A stretch of 64,000 nucleotides of DNA from Sphagnum compactum (taxonomy: Eukaryota). Where the stretch lies: NCBI GenBank assembly GCA_965153455.1, contig OZ234493.1:23488213-23552212 (forward strand), written 5' to 3'. The first letter of the stretch is position 1. Every line of letters starts with the position of its first letter. This document shows, in pieces, positions 1 to 13,097 of the stretch. The position numbers were made by a program, and so were the translations under genes. The notes below the pieces were generated by a model. It ran no database searches. It was not told where the DNA came from and was given only the letters and a program-made list of their open reading frames with translations.

Positions 1-519
1 AAAAAATGAGAAAGTTATGCCTCCCCAAAATAAGGCGAGCTCAAAAAAGAAAATGCTATAACACTTGAAAGCCTATTCTTGAACATTCAAAACAGTTCTA
101 GGACATTGCTCCATTTCTTTTAAAGTTCAAAACTAATTTGTAGAACGTAAGGTGGCACTCCCATAACACTTTAAATCACTAAAATTGAGCAAGAAACGAG
201 AAAGATATGAGTTTCGAAAGTTAGAGGGGTCTAAAAGAAAAAATGCATTTTGAAGCTTAAAAAAACGTGTTTTGTATTATTTTTCTTCTAGCTCTTTCTT
301 CAATACTCCTTTGTCTATGCAATTCAAAGGTTAATTGTAGAGTTTAATTAGTGATCCCATAAACTGTTAAATCACTCAAAATGAAGAAAAGATGAGAAAG
401 ATATGAATAAGTGTTTGGTACATGTCGCCAATTAGTGATGGGCAATTCTACCCTCGTTGTAACCAATTTACAACTTAACTAGTTGTAACCCAATTGCAAG
501 TTAATCACGATGACCTACT

Positions 520-1035
520 AAAACCTAGCAACCTACTTACTTAACTAGTACTTAACTATTTACCTAGCCTAGTCTACTACCAATTAACCTAACTTACTAA
601 ACTTATCAATTAACCTAACCTACTAATAAATGTAGCATATGTGGCACTTAGGTTGGGCTAAAGTTAAACAAGGTGGCACCTAGGCCTAGACCATCTAGTA
701 CTTATCTAAAACCTAACAAAAGTAGCCTGGGGGTTTAATAGCTACTAGCTTACAAACTAACGTAATGTATGTGGCACCTAAGTTGGCTTTAAAACTAGAT
801 ATGGTGGCACTTGAGCTTAGACCACCTAATACCTATTTAATACTTAACATAGGTAGCTTAGAGACTTAATTTAACTAATACTAGTTAGAAAATACCTATT
901 ATGTGGGTACCTAGTATGTATTAGGTAAGTACCTATTAAGTAATAGTTAGTAGGTACGTAAAGGTAGGTACTAACTACCTAGCTAGCTACTAACTAGTAG
1001 GTAGGTTTACTTAGTAGCTAACTAAACTAAACCTT
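520..1035. repeat. Low-complexity AT-rich repeat (TAACC/TAGG-like pentamers and tetramers, recurring GTGGCAC motif); probable DNA-transposon interior
   Basis: Runs of ctaac/taggt and repeated 'gtggcac(c/t)t'. It resembles the interior of the CACTA element at 2651-5090 and abuts the truncated end of the Ty3 gag. Confidence 0.45.
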
Positions 1036-1900
1036 AACCTTGAACCCATGTTTGTTTTTTGACTCTCATGGTTGTGCATTAGTAACAAAGATGGTGTGTT
1101 GTATGTGGTCCACATTTCTTCAGACACTCACGAGCAACATGACTTGGTTCTCCACAATACAAACAAAGATTATTTGTACATTGGCATTATTTTTTTGTTT
1201 TGTGAGGGGCTTGAATCTTGTCTTATCAATCTGCATGGGGTCATCCTTTGATGAGGTTGGCCGAAAGCTCAGCTGGCATTGTAGGTGGAAAACTCTTTTA
1301 TGTTGCCAGTGGTGCAAAACTCCTTTGTGTTGTTGATGTGAATTCATGGCGCCTTTCTTGTCAACGTTCAAAAAGTTTATTGTCACATCGAAGAGCTTGT
1401 GCAATGGCCTGACTTAATGTTGAAAGGTCTAGCAAGGTGAATAGTAAGTCCTTCACATCACTTCATAACCCAAACTAAAACTAATTTATGAAAATTGTTT
1501 CACCCCATGAAATATCGCAAGCCAACTATCTGAATTTTGATGCATATACTGCAACTAAATGTGATCCTTGACAAAGAGATCATATTTTGATGTTAGACGT
1601 GCATTCTTTGTCCGAATGTCTAGAGGTGGCATTGAACTCTTCAAGAAACACTTCAAAGTCGTTGAGTAAGGGTGATTGATGTTCCAACAAAGGTGTGAAC
1701 CAAGCAAAGGTTATGCTTGACAACAAGGTGCCAATGAATTCAACTTGAGTTGGACCAGTTAGATGCCGATGAGGATTAAGTTGGATGACCAAATGCACTT
1801 GGTTGACAAAAATTTGAAACTTTGAATGTTTGCCATCAAACTTGTCAGGTAGGTTAATCCATGACTCCTTTTGTTGGGGTTGTGTCGCCAAAACGCATCC
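1036..1900 (-). pseudogene. Ty3/gypsy retrotransposon gag remnant (retrotransposon gag domain + CCHC zinc knuckle)
   Basis: Minus-strand translation WINLPDKFDGKHSKFQIFVNQV...IGTLLS...AWFTPLLEHQSPLLNDFEVFLEEF, then DDPMQIDKTRFKPLT and NLCLYCGEPSHVAREC (Cx2Cx4Hx4C). Stops and frameshifts are present, and no pol follows. Confidence 0.85.
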
Positions 1901-2650
1901 AAAAGAGGTTGAAGCTTGATTGGTTTGTAAATGAATAACAAATTTTCAAAGTGTTTGATTTTCCTATTCAAAATTCCTAAGGATAGCAAGGACTCCTTCC
2001 ATGGATGTAGACATGTTTATGAACACCTTGAAATATGACACCAACAAAAGGTGGGTAATCCATAACTTTAATTAATAAGAAGTGCGTAATCCACGACTTC
2101 TTAAAAAAAATTCTTTTAAAAAAAAAGGGTAATCTACACGCAACTCCAAAAGGAATTTAACTCCTAAATGACTTATAGATGCTAAAAGAAAAATAGACCT
2201 GATGAAGTCTGTTCAAACTATCAAGGACACGAAGAACCAGAAGAACAAAGACTAAAGAAAAGGTCTAAGTCTAACCTTCAAATAAGGAAAAACAAAAACA
2301 CAAGGACTAATAATAAGAATGTGAGATGTGTAAAACAAATGTGAAAATAAATTTCTTTTATGTTAACATATGCAAACATGAACATGATAAGAACATGATA
2401 AGGTTGTGATGCAGGTGCTTAAAACTAATGTTGAATAAACTAAAAGAAATGAGGGGTCCTACTCTTATTTATACGCCTTTGTGGACCTAGTTCAAGGAAG
2501 GTTCCGAGGAGGCTTTTATGTGTGCATCAAATAAGGGAGCTTCTTGGGACCCTTTTTAATTGGGAATCGACTATGAATTAATTGAAATTTAATTAAAAGT
2601 CAACTCGGACTTAATTAAGAGTCAATTAGGAATTAATTAGATTTAATTGG

Positions 2651-5090
2651 CACTACTACAAATCATGGTTTTTTTTACTAGGGAAATTGGTCAAAAAAGA
2701 CCCAAAATTGACACTGGTTGATTTGACCAAGGTGCCATTTTGGATAAATCGATTTCGACAATGTCTATTTTGACAAGTGGCCTTGGTATCAGTGAAATTT
2801 AAATTCTTACAAAATATTTCACACTACTATAACAACAGATTTGCATTTCACATGCATATGTTCATTAATCCTATCTTAAGTTTCAATAAACTTAACATTA
2901 CCATTCATTCCAACATCAGGTTCATGGTTATTACATATAACTAGAATCTACACTTCAGAATACATTGTAGAAAACTCCAAAAATAATATAATAATTCATT
3001 TCATCATAATCTGATACACAAAAAATTCACACAAAAGATGAATATAGAATTCACAGTAAAAGTCTGTGCTTCTTTGTATTATTAAAAACATGAATCGAAG
3101 TTACGTCGTAATCCCACGTTTTGTTGAAAAAATCTAAAACAACACTTAAAATCTATGTTATATCAAAACAAAGTCTGTGGTTTTTTACTACAAGTACTTA
3201 TAACTCCTCCTCCTCTTTTCTAAAACTCTATGTCTCATCTTCCTTCTTCTTATTCTCCAGAACTTTAACCTTTTGAACTATCCCAAGTCACATTATCATG
3301 ATCAAAACAATAAGAATTCAAAATTCAAACTAACAAAATTCCCTAATCAATCCCTATCCTAACTACCTTGTTCATCCAAAATCACATACTCATCCTACCT
3401 AGTTAACATGCCTTTTTTATTAACTATACCTTGTCATTTTGACTAACAAAATGACTGACTATTTGACTAGTAGACAATGGACCATTTGATTGGGTCAATT
3501 TTATACCTTAATTAAAATCATTTAAAAAATTATTATTAAAAAATTGATAGGTAGGTAGATAAGTAGGTAGGTAGGTAGTAAATAGGTCTAGGTAGGTCAA
3601 AAAAATGCATTAGATTAGTAGGTGCTAGCCTAACTTAGCCTAACCTAACCTAACTTAACCTAACCAATTTAACCTAACTTAACTTAACATAACTTCACTA
3701 AGCTACCGTAATTTAACCTACCTACCCTAACCCTCTAAACATGCACATAGGTTGTAAATATAAGGAATTAAACCCCAAACCTTCACAATGATAAACCAAG
3801 TCCTTACCAATGGACTACACCATCAAAAGTGTTCAACTTTTATTAACTTTTTTGTTTCATATGTTTGTTTCACATCATTTAACATAATGGCAAAACCTAA
3901 TGGCTTAAAATAATGGCTAACCATAATGATTAAACCTAATGACTTAAAATAATGGCTAAACATAATGGTTAAACCTAGTGATTTAAAATAATGGTTAAAG
4001 ATAATGACTAAACTTAATGGCTAAATTTAATGACCTAAAATAATGGCTAAACCTAGTGGCCAAACTTAATGATTTCAAATAATGACTAAACCTAGTGGTT
4101 AGACTTAATGATTCAAAATAATGGTTAAATCTAGTGCTTAAACTTAATACTTAAAAATAATGGTCAAACATAATGGCTAAATTTAATGATTTAAAATAAT
4201 GGTTAAACTTAGTGATTTAAAGTAATGGTTAAATTTAATGGTTAAACTTGGTGAATTAAAGTAATTTCTAAACGTAATGGCTAACCTAATTGTTAAACTT
4301 AATGATTAAAGTAATGACTAAACTTTGGTTAAGTATAGTGATTAAATTTAATGGTTAAACATAGTGGTTAAACCTAGTTGATAAACCTAATGGCTAAATT
4401 TCATGACTAAACATAATGGCTAAACCTAGGTTATACTTAGTGGCTAAATTTAGGTTATAGTTCATGGTCAAATTTAATGGTTCAACTTAGGCTAAACCTA
4501 GTGCCAAATCTAGTAGTTAAGCATAATGGCTAAACCTAATGGTTAAATTTAAATTAAATGTAATTAGTTAAAATTAGGTAGATAAGAGACTGGATAGGTA
4601 GGTAGATAATATGTAGGTAGGTGGGTAGGTATGTAGGTAGGTAAATGAGAAGGTATGAAGGTAGGTAAGTAAGTAACTAAATAAATAAATGGATGAGTAA
4701 GTAAGAAGTAAATATATAGGGTAGTAGACCATGTCATATTTGACTAAAGATCATTGACTATCTTGATTAAATGTTCAACTTGATTAAAACCATTGGTCAT
4801 TTTTACTAAAGATCATTAGCCATGTTGATTAATTATTTGACTTGACTAAAGATCATTGGCCATGTTGATTAATTATTTGACTTGACTAAAGACCATTGGC
4901 CATTTTGACTAAGGTTGTACAACTTGACTATGTGTATCTAGTCAAATAAACCGCTATAGTCAAGTTGATCAATCAACAAATACATGTGTCATTCAAATCC
5001 CTAGCCTTTAGTCAAATGCACATGTCCATTTGTCAAAAATGACAAGTTAGTCAATTTGAACCTCTTAAAAAACCATGATTTGTGGTAGTG
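2651..5090. mobile_element. Non-autonomous CACTA (En/Spm) element, 2440 bp
   Basis: TIRs are cactactacaaatcatggtttttt at 2651 and aaaaaaccatgatttgtggtagtg ending at 5090 (one mismatch). The 3-bp flanks are tgg/tag (TSD with one mismatch). Subterminal ttgac/ttgactaaag repeats include a ~40-bp tandem unit at 4800-4910. Confidence 0.9.
3884..4550. repeat. 13-bp minisatellite (taatggctaaacc / taatgacttaaaa variants) inside the CACTA element
   Basis: About 50 degenerate head-to-tail copies, flanked by (taacc)n at 3630-3720 and (tagg)n at 4575-4680. Confidence 0.85.
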
Positions 5091-5546
5091 TAGGACTTAA
5101 CTACATGTTAACTAAAAACTAATTACGTCTTAGCTATGACTTAACCAAGATTTAACTAGGAATTCATTTAGATGTAACTAAGAGTTAATTAAGACTTAAC
5201 TAGGACTTAATAAGGAGTTAACATGACTTAACTAAAAGATAATTAAGACTTAACTAGGAGTTATGAATGAACATTATGGATGAATTCCATCTATTGGAAG
5301 ATGGTGTCTAATGTTCACATTCATCACACTTAACATGAACTTACCATGCATGATCTACAACTACCGTCAAAGTCCTCCTTGTCAAATCTAGCAGTTGGGA
5401 GGTTGAATAATGTTTGCAACTAGATTTCAGAGAAAACACTATACACGCCCGAATATGTGTAAAGTTGTTTGTGGCCAAAACTTCAATCCATCATGACAAT
5501 TAACATTCCTAGCTGCATTTTCATTCATCCATGCCAGTCTACTACA

Positions 5547-5700
5547 CATTACTACAAAATGTGAGTGGAGTTCAGTAGTCCCCATTCACTAGACCAATGA
5601 ATTCACAATCTCCCCACTAGGTCCTATTCACTATAACCAATGAATTCACTCATAATTTAATGAAGTCACTTGGCGTATAAGGACACCTTTTGTTGTAATG
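5547..5700. mobile_element. 154-bp mini CACTA-type element with CATTA termini
   Basis: Begins cattactacaaaatgtg and ends caccttttgttgtaatg, flanked by the 3-bp TSD aca/aca (5544-5546, 5701-5703). A homologous copy at 47545-47696 ends ...ttttgttgtagtg (CACTA). Confidence 0.8.
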
Positions 5701-6414
5701 ACAACTAACGACAAATCATATTGAAAGGTATTTGGCAAAGGCATTGTTCCAAACATAGTTTATTAGTTGAAGCGGTATTCGATTTAACGAGGATGTGATG
5801 GCTTGGCATCATTATTGTTATTGGCGTCCGAACATCCCTCCAATGCACTCATATGGAGTTGGGGTCACCTTTAACAGTTGCGGCTATTGTTGATGGTAAT
5901 GGGTGTGCAAGTGTTAGAAGAAACCCAAATTGCACCCGCCTATGTGAAGGAACATATGTAGTTGATTCTGCAAGACGAACTTGCAATTTGTTTATTCACA
6001 AATGCAAAAAGGTTAGGTCTCCCCACATAGTTTGGTAGCCCTAATTTTTGAAAGTTCGACTTTGGCACGAGTATGTTGACCAAAGCCAATGTTTGAATGC
6101 TCAATTCCACTAACTTGATTGATCTTAATTATGGTGCTTATTGCGAGACTCAGCCAAGGTTGCAAGTTTTTGCTAGTTAAGAACACACACTGGAAGTAGC
6201 CGCCTACCTCCCTAAAGCTGTTTAGTTTCCTTGATATGTTGAATTCCCGACATTATTGGGTTTTTCGAGTCTCTATGCTTCCCTAGGTCGATGTCGTTCC
6301 CCAAGGATTTGGTGGGACAACACCCACTACTTGGCTATTTTGTGCGGCCAATGCATTCCCTACTGCCAATGTGCTGTTTATTACAATCACACTTCCTACA
6401 ACCTACACACTTGA

Positions 6415-6612
6415 TTATGAAAATTTCTTAACGACAGTCCCAATTATCAGCCAAGGTTTACGATCTTCAATTGTTTTTGCACCATCGCAAGACATGTGCA
6501 ACCAATGATGATTGAATTTCATTTTTGATCCCCACAATTTATCGCAAAATGGGCATCTATATTTTGATTGCGTCTTAATGTTGCACGTTTCAACTATTTC
6601 CTTTAGTTCCAT
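6415..6612 (-). pseudogene. C2H2 zinc-finger-like coding remnant, probably TE-borne
   Basis: YRCPFCDKLWGSKMKFNHHWLHMSC motif. The surrounding frames are interrupted by stops. Confidence 0.35.
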
Positions 6613-7724
6613 GTTAATTTCAACAACCTTCTGTTGCCATTCCTCAAGAGTGTACTAAAAGAGTACGTATGTGCTGGTAAACATAGTTTTCTTTTCTCTT
6701 TTCCCTACTCCATGCGCTAAAAGCGCAACATGCCTAATTATCGAGGCTTCAATGTGGATGGGTGCCCCACATGGATCAACGATTCGCCTCCATCACTATT
6801 GTCTTCTAACATGCTTAAAGAATGCACTCTGGATGATGCCATTGAAACTAAAAAAATTGCAAAATAAAAAATTGCATTTACAAAATCAAAACAACAAGGG
6901 AACATAATGCCAAGAAATGTTTCAGCAAACATTCACCAAACAATGTGATTGCAAAGAAACCCAATTGCTAAGTTGGAAGTTTTTGTATGCCAAAGAGGAA
7001 ATGCACAAGTAGTAATGATGAAGAAAATGATGAAAATGCAAACAAACTACAACAATGATGATGAAGAGAGATGCAAATGAAGCTTCCAAAATAAGACAAC
7101 ATCCTCGAGACGGTGTTACCCTAAGAAATGAAAAAATGTGCCCCGCAAGTAATGACAGAACCCTAGGAACCTCAATATTAATTAGAACGGGTAGCTTTCT
7201 AGGCTATTTTCCACTAGATGCAAATTTTGGCCATCGTATCGATTTACAACTTTAATCTCTAAACCTTAAACTGACTTCCAGAATGAACAAATTTGGGCAG
7301 CCAAGAAAAAGTAGTGGTCATTAGTAGATGAACAATCTTTCATACATTGAACTAGTTACGGAATATGTCAAGCACCTTGAAGGTTTCAATTGGAGGGTAC
7401 AATTCACACATCGATGGCCAAGAAATGGTGTCATCTTGCTTCTTGAAATATGGGTAGGCAATGATGGAACGATGATACACTTTCTTTTCTTCCTACCACA
7501 AATTCAAAAATCATTTTTATTTCCATTTATGGGGAATCATAAATCTAGTTGTCTTAATCTCCCCGAGTCAATCTCAGGAAGCAGGAGTACCTTCGGGAGA
7601 CATGGAAAACCCTAGGGAACACTCGTGCATTTGACTCCATGGCAAGCATCCTTTCCACTTGGAGGGATTTGCAAACCTAGGATGCATTGGTGTCCCATAG
7701 GGGACTTCTTGGCAGGAAAATTGG

Positions 7725-7915
7725 GCTCCCCCAAGGAATGAAAGAGACATCCCGGTGGGAAGAACGGGCATTCATTAGGGAGGGTCTCCCCAAGGAGCGA
7801 AAGGCGGAAGGAACTCCCAATGGGGAGAAGAGGCGTTCCTCCCAGGAAGGGTAGTTCCCAAGGAGTGGAAGGAACTTCCCAACAGGAAGAAGGGGCGCTC
7901 CTCAGGAAGGGAAAT
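7725..7915. repeat. GC-rich degenerate tandem repeat (~60-bp unit, ~3 copies) within a GC-rich repeat element
   Basis: Recurring cccaagga...ggaaggaact(t)cccaa...gaagaggggcg(t/c)tcctc(c)caggaaggg. Confidence 0.5.
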
Positions 7916-8364
7916 TTACCTTGGGAGATATGTCCCCAAGCGAGGGGTGCAGTTGCAACCGGGGATGCATTACATTCCCCCTGAAAATTTTGTCCCTAAG
8001 GATTGGATGTAACACCATGAAGAGAAGAGAATGGGGCTCCCCGGGCAATATGGGAGTAACTAGCGAGGGGAGGGGGATGGGACCCAAGGAGGGGCTTATT
8101 TCCCCAGGTTTGACACGGAAGTCGTCAGGAGATGGCAAGCAGCAAGGGGCAAGGGCCAAGTCTTGCTCAGGGGCTGGACTGTGGGGGGGTTGCTAGGTCG
8201 GGTGATCAAGGGTGTTTAGTTAACCAGGTGGGAGTGGTTAACCGGGGGTAGGGGCTCTAAACTTTAAACCTCTGATTCACAGCAAAATTTTCAAATTGGA
8301 AGACTGATTACCCAATGAATCTTTCACAGACAAGGGCACTTAAGAAAAGTTTCTCTAGATAGAA

Positions 8365-8622
8365 CTAACAAGGCATGTGCTGTTTGCCCAAGTGTGGATC
8401 TAGTGCCCAATTAATTTCTCCTTTCAAAACCAGTTGTTGTAATTTAGTTAAATTTCCAATGACAAAAGCTACTTAAAATTCAATAGCTCCCACACCTTAA
8501 ATCTGTTAATTATGAAATCGCCTCTGTTAAATCCTCCTCATTGAGGGCTCTCCAACAATATAAGAACACAATCGGAGGCCCCCTCATTGGGAGATCTCAA
8601 TGTGTCAAACAAAAGCAAACAC
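8365..8622 (-). mobile_element. Degenerate short Helitron-like element related to 32546-32974
   Basis: Shares ttcaaaacc...aaatcctcctcat...ctc(t)ccaacaa and a degenerate 3' end (ctaa...ggcatgtgc) with the 32.5 kb and 50.9 kb copies. Confidence 0.4.
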
Positions 8623-8859
8623 CGAGAGTACACACACATGAAGTCACCTTGTCTCACCCTACCTTATGAAATTGGAGATCAAGTCTTCGTCAAATCCTCC
8701 ACTATGGAAGGCAGTGTGACAGCCATCCTTCGCCCTGAAAGGCGACCTTGCCCATCACGTTCGAGGCCTGCCACCTGACTTCATGCAACACTACGTCCCA
8801 CTGTTTGTGCCGATGCCAAAAATGGTGACACACAGCTTCATCCAGCCAATGAGAAGGCT

Positions 8860-9275
8860 CAGCATGCACTCATGAGGAGTCCAGTTTTTTTTTCATTTGG
8901 GAGGGCTAGGGGAGGTGTGGGAAAGGGGGATTTTTTTCTTCTCTTGTTCTCAATGTGTTCCCATTGTGTTCCCATGGGGTTCCCAAAGGCTTCCTTGAGT
9001 TCTCAAGTTGTTTCCCAATATGTTCCAAATAGCACCTGGGTTTCATCCCCTATAATTTGCCCAAAGTTCAACTCCCATGTATATAAACTGAAAAGGTTGG
9101 CCATAGGGGAGAACATTTGTTTGTATTTTGTGACTTGGGGTCCAAAGAGGTGCTTCTATTGGAGAGTGCCCAATGTTCCAGAAAAAATTTGGTAATGGGC
9201 CAATCAATATGGCGCCTTCCAAAAAGAAAGAATGTGTGAGCACACCCATGACTAATTAATATGAATCACACTATG
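8860..9275. repeat. Dispersed ~400-bp repeat family ('ttcccaatgtgttccc...gggccaatcaa')
   Basis: Clearly homologous to the copies at ~31390-31760, ~31860-32195 and ~32390-33135. Confidence 0.75.
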
Positions 9276-9796
9276 TCCCATCTATTTTTTCTTCTAGTGG
9301 CCTAAATCAGAAAATAACAATTTTCCTATACGAATCTTAATAGATTTTCTGTATTCTTCACATGCCATTATCTTTACTTACTTACAATTTAGCGTCATTA
9401 AGTGGGCCAAACAGCGCCCGGGCCAGAGCCCAATTGACGTAAGTTTGATAAAAACGAGAGTCAGTTTTTTAACCTTTTGAAAGGAGAAGGAAGTCCCCCT
9501 ACCTTGTTTATTTTGGTCAGGCGACACATATGTGCCATTCTTTGCCTGGGCACATTGCAACAAAGACGTGGATAGATCACTGCCAGGAGATTGATATGGC
9601 ATTGCTTTAGTTTTCTCCAGTTTTATAGGTTGTGCTCTTTTTTTTTCTTTTCGAAGGAGAATAGGCTGCACTTTGTGTTAGAAGAAAAATGAAAAGATTC
9701 CACAGGATGAGTGGCAGGCTGGGTGCAACAGGAGCGTCACCAGCCCAAATCCTAGTATGGATTTTTATTCCCATCTAAATGGTATCAACTAATAAC

Positions 9797-10204
9797 CAGT
9801 GTTGGGCAGTTCTTGACTTTCAGCAAACCTCCCATTGCGGTTCCAAATTGGAATTGTCTCAATTCTGGTTCCACACATAAATATCAGGAATCTGGTTCCT
9901 TCCATTCTTCAAAAGAAATTCTGATGGTTTTGAAAATCAATCCCCATTCAGATCCAGTTCTTACTAACCAGGACCGGAATCAGTCATTAACTGCCAGTGA
10001 ATCACTAGTTTTACTACTTTTTAATGTTCTAAAAATGTTTCTTGGCTCTAGTTTCACATAGAAATGAAATTGGGGATTCGGTTACAAGTCTGATTCTCAA
10101 AAATATAAATTTGGGTTCCAGTTCTGAAAAACAGTTCTAGTTCAGATCCAGTTCTCACTAACCAGAATCAACAGTTCGTACCCACAAGTACCCACCCAAC
10201 ACTG
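9797..10204. mobile_element. hAT-type MITE (CAGTG termini)
   Basis: Perfect 10-bp TIR cagtgttggg / cccaacactg with internal ggttc/cagttc repeats. A related element is at 50384-50667. Confidence 0.7.
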
Positions 10205-11544
10205 GTAGCAACTAACTGGTGTTATGGGCTTCACCCTTCCACCTGAGGATTAGAACTTAGAATACAAAAGATAATTTGCCACCTCCATCTATACCAGTCA
10301 ATGCCCCTACAAGTAGGCAGCAATTTGACTCTTGTCTCCTCAAACCGATAGACCTCACATAAAACACTAAATGGTTATGTCACATGTGGTGTGGAGGATA
10401 TATGTATTATGAACCTTTTTCCTCTCTTTGTGGGTGCTTAGTCAACCAACTTCCATACTAATTAGAAACTTTGGTGACAATCAATCCTAAACCACTGATA
10501 TTTATGCACAAATGTCGAGATTGACTGAAAGGAGGCATCATGTTAGCTTAAGGTAAATCATGAGAGACCATTTGTGGGTATTAGCTTAGCCCACGCATAG
10601 AAACCTTGGAGCAAAGCACCATCGGTACACCAATAGGTCAAATGTGGGCGGACACCGTGTCCTTCGGCTCCAATCATCTTTTCTGTAGCTGGGAAGGAAT
10701 GGCAGGCCCTTTGAAAGGAAAGAAGAAATAAGAAACAAAGAAGAAGTACAGTCTGAAATGGTGTTTGTTTACTGTGAACTATTTACTCTAACAAGAAGTT
10801 GTGAACATGATGTGGCTGTGTCCACCCGGTGAGGGTGGGACCTAGTATCATTGCACAGAAAGGTGCTTTGCAAAAGTATCCATTGAAGAGAAACCAAGCA
10901 GCCCAAAAATGGGACCAGGGTGAACCAGCACCCACACTGGTTCCTTTTACCTACTTGAGGGAGGCATCTTCGTAGCCAAATTAAACCCAAGAAATGTTAT
11001 ATTTGATGAAACCCTGCCAATGTTATATTTGGACTCTGAGACTTTGATTTAGTCTAACCATGGGATATTTGTAATATGTAGATGATTATTGGGGTTTTTA
11101 CCATGGTACCAGTCTGCTACCCAAGGCCAAAAATTGGTCACTGGTGAACAAGCCCATTGGCAATCTCCTCTCCTTGTCACATTCTCTTTGCATGCTGTGT
11201 CAACAGGCACAGCCAGCACCCATAGGTAATGAAGTAGACTGCCCCTCAGTTAAAAGCTTTGTTGCCGCTTCTTGCAGTAAACCTTGAAACTTTCCTCTGA
11301 CTGAGTGGGATAGTTCTCTTGTATGTCTTGGATCTAAACCAGTAAACTGTCATCAAAAGCGTTTGTTGTGGAGCCTTCAGAGCCAAGCCTAATCCTGAGC
11401 CCTAGCTAAGTTCTAGCTTCTTTTCTGCTATGTGACACCGCCGCAGGTACGAAGGAATTTTTTAAACACATTTGGTAAATGTCTAAGGACCGAACCATTT
11501 ATACTTTTTTAAGGAACATAATAGGCCTGATTGACAAGTTGGTG

Positions 11545-11669
11545 ACACCCAAGTCAAGGGCCAGTGGATAGTATGGGACTTTTACTTACTCACCAATGGG
11601 TTTGAACTGGCGACACTTGGTCATACCATACAAGGATTGTAAGGATTGTACCACTGAACCATCACCCCC
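11545..11669 (-). mobile_element. tRNA-derived SINE-like remnant
   Basis: The minus strand reads ggggtgatggttcagtggtac (Pol III A-box-like)...gttcaaaccc (B-box-like). It has an internal 9-bp duplication and no intact cloverleaf. Confidence 0.5.
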
Positions 11670-11931
11670 AGGACTTAATCTTATATTTTAAAGTAATTAG
11701 TTTGTTTTCTTCATAAGGACATGAACCCTATGTGAACAATTATAGGATAGCTGCATGACCCTATGATCATAGGGCCTTCAAATGATTGACTGTCAACTAG
11801 TTAGTGCAGTTTCATCTTGGGAAGTTTCTAGAAGTAGGAGACTTCTGAACAGTGAAAGCCATAGCACTACAAGAGAACCTGTCCCCAAACCACTGCACAT
11901 TTCACCCATCTTCTAGGAGGAATGGGATCTC

Positions 11932-12950
11932 CACTCTACTGGATTTTTAACAATTTTAATGAAAATCTTAATGAATTGGAACGCCTAGTAAGGTATCCAC
12001 TAGAGTTTCACCATGCACCACATGATGTCCATTAAACTCCAATAGTGTACATTTGAGGGTGGACACAAATACATACATATACATATATATATATATTGTA
12101 AAATTCATGTATTTATTTGGCTACTTGTGGATTTTATTAGAAATCTAAAAACAATTAGTGGATTTTAGTGTAAATCCAATGGACATTTGGATACAAACAT
12201 AGTCAAAGGAGTCACCCAAGTGAGTGGACACTCCATAAAATTACATTTCTGTATTTTTGAAAGATCATGACAAAAACATAATAGTTTGAATTGGCAAAAG
12301 TCTTTTGGGATATTTTCAATTAATTGCAAAGTTTATATGTTCAAATCTTAACACAAATCAAAAACATTTTTGCATGTTCAAAGCACTCAAACCTCAAGAG
12401 CGGGCAATCCTTATTTTTTTCAAACATCCTTTTTTATATCAAATGTACACCACTCTTTTTGAAAATTAAAGAGGATTTTAACATTGATGATTAGTAGGGC
12501 AAAAAGGACTTGAACTAATGAAAATTATTTTTATAACTGATTTGAACTCATTTGATTCAAACATGTTTTTGACCTTGAAAATTATGGATTTTGAAAATGT
12601 AACATTAACAAAAGTTGTTCCTATTTATATGATAGAAGGCATGAATGCATAACATATATGATATAAAATCAATTTTTAGTGAAAACATATTCTTATCTAC
12701 CATGCAGTGTTAAACTAGGTATCCAAAATACAATAACTTAAGTTATAAACCAACACAAAAATGACACATGTCATGTGCAATCCTTGGAAAATAACTTTTA
12801 CCTTGGCTTCCCTAGCCCCTTTGACCGTGTTTTCACCCATTTATAGGATATGTGGATTTCATTGGACATTAATGGGTCTCTTTAATGAACTTTAGTGAAA
12901 ATTTGGTGTACACTAATAGGGGATGTGGACATTAGTAAATCCTTTTAGTG
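11932..12950. mobile_element. Degenerate non-autonomous CACTA-like element
   Basis: Ends aaatccttttagtg (reverse complement cactaaaaggattt) and starts with a degenerate cactctactggattt. Subterminal gtggac/gtccac/ccacta repeats occur at both ends. No TSD is seen. Confidence 0.4.
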
Positions 12951-13097
12951 TATGAAATATTTAATCCCCTTGATATTGATTGGGAATTAGTTTGATCAAC
13001 AATAGCAACAATGTAATTATAAATGAGACATTATGATTAAATTGCATCCACCTTTGAGACATTTTATTTGTTTGCAATTCAATTGTATAGGTTTTTT

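Larger units (their letters stand above)
2200..5265 (-). mobile_element. 5' LTR of the Ty3 element (about 2200-2650 plus 5091-5265), split by a CACTA insertion
   Basis: It lies upstream of gag on the minus strand and ends ...gacttcatCA on that strand. The same gacttaactag-type repeats continue on both sides of the 2651-5090 insertion. The outer boundary is approximate. Confidence 0.5.

Noticed and set aside
3884-4910. CRISPR-like array
   Set aside because: These are head-to-tail degenerate repeats with no unique spacers and no cas genes. The context is eukaryotic, and they lie inside CACTA TIRs.
8640-8778. MscS- or KOW-like peptide LPYEIGDQVFVKSSTMEGSVTAI
   Set aside because: Too short, flanked by repeats, and no further matching exons were found.
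11598-11669. Functional tRNA gene
   Set aside because: Only A/B-box-like motifs are present. There is an internal 9-bp duplication and no complete acceptor or anticodon stems.
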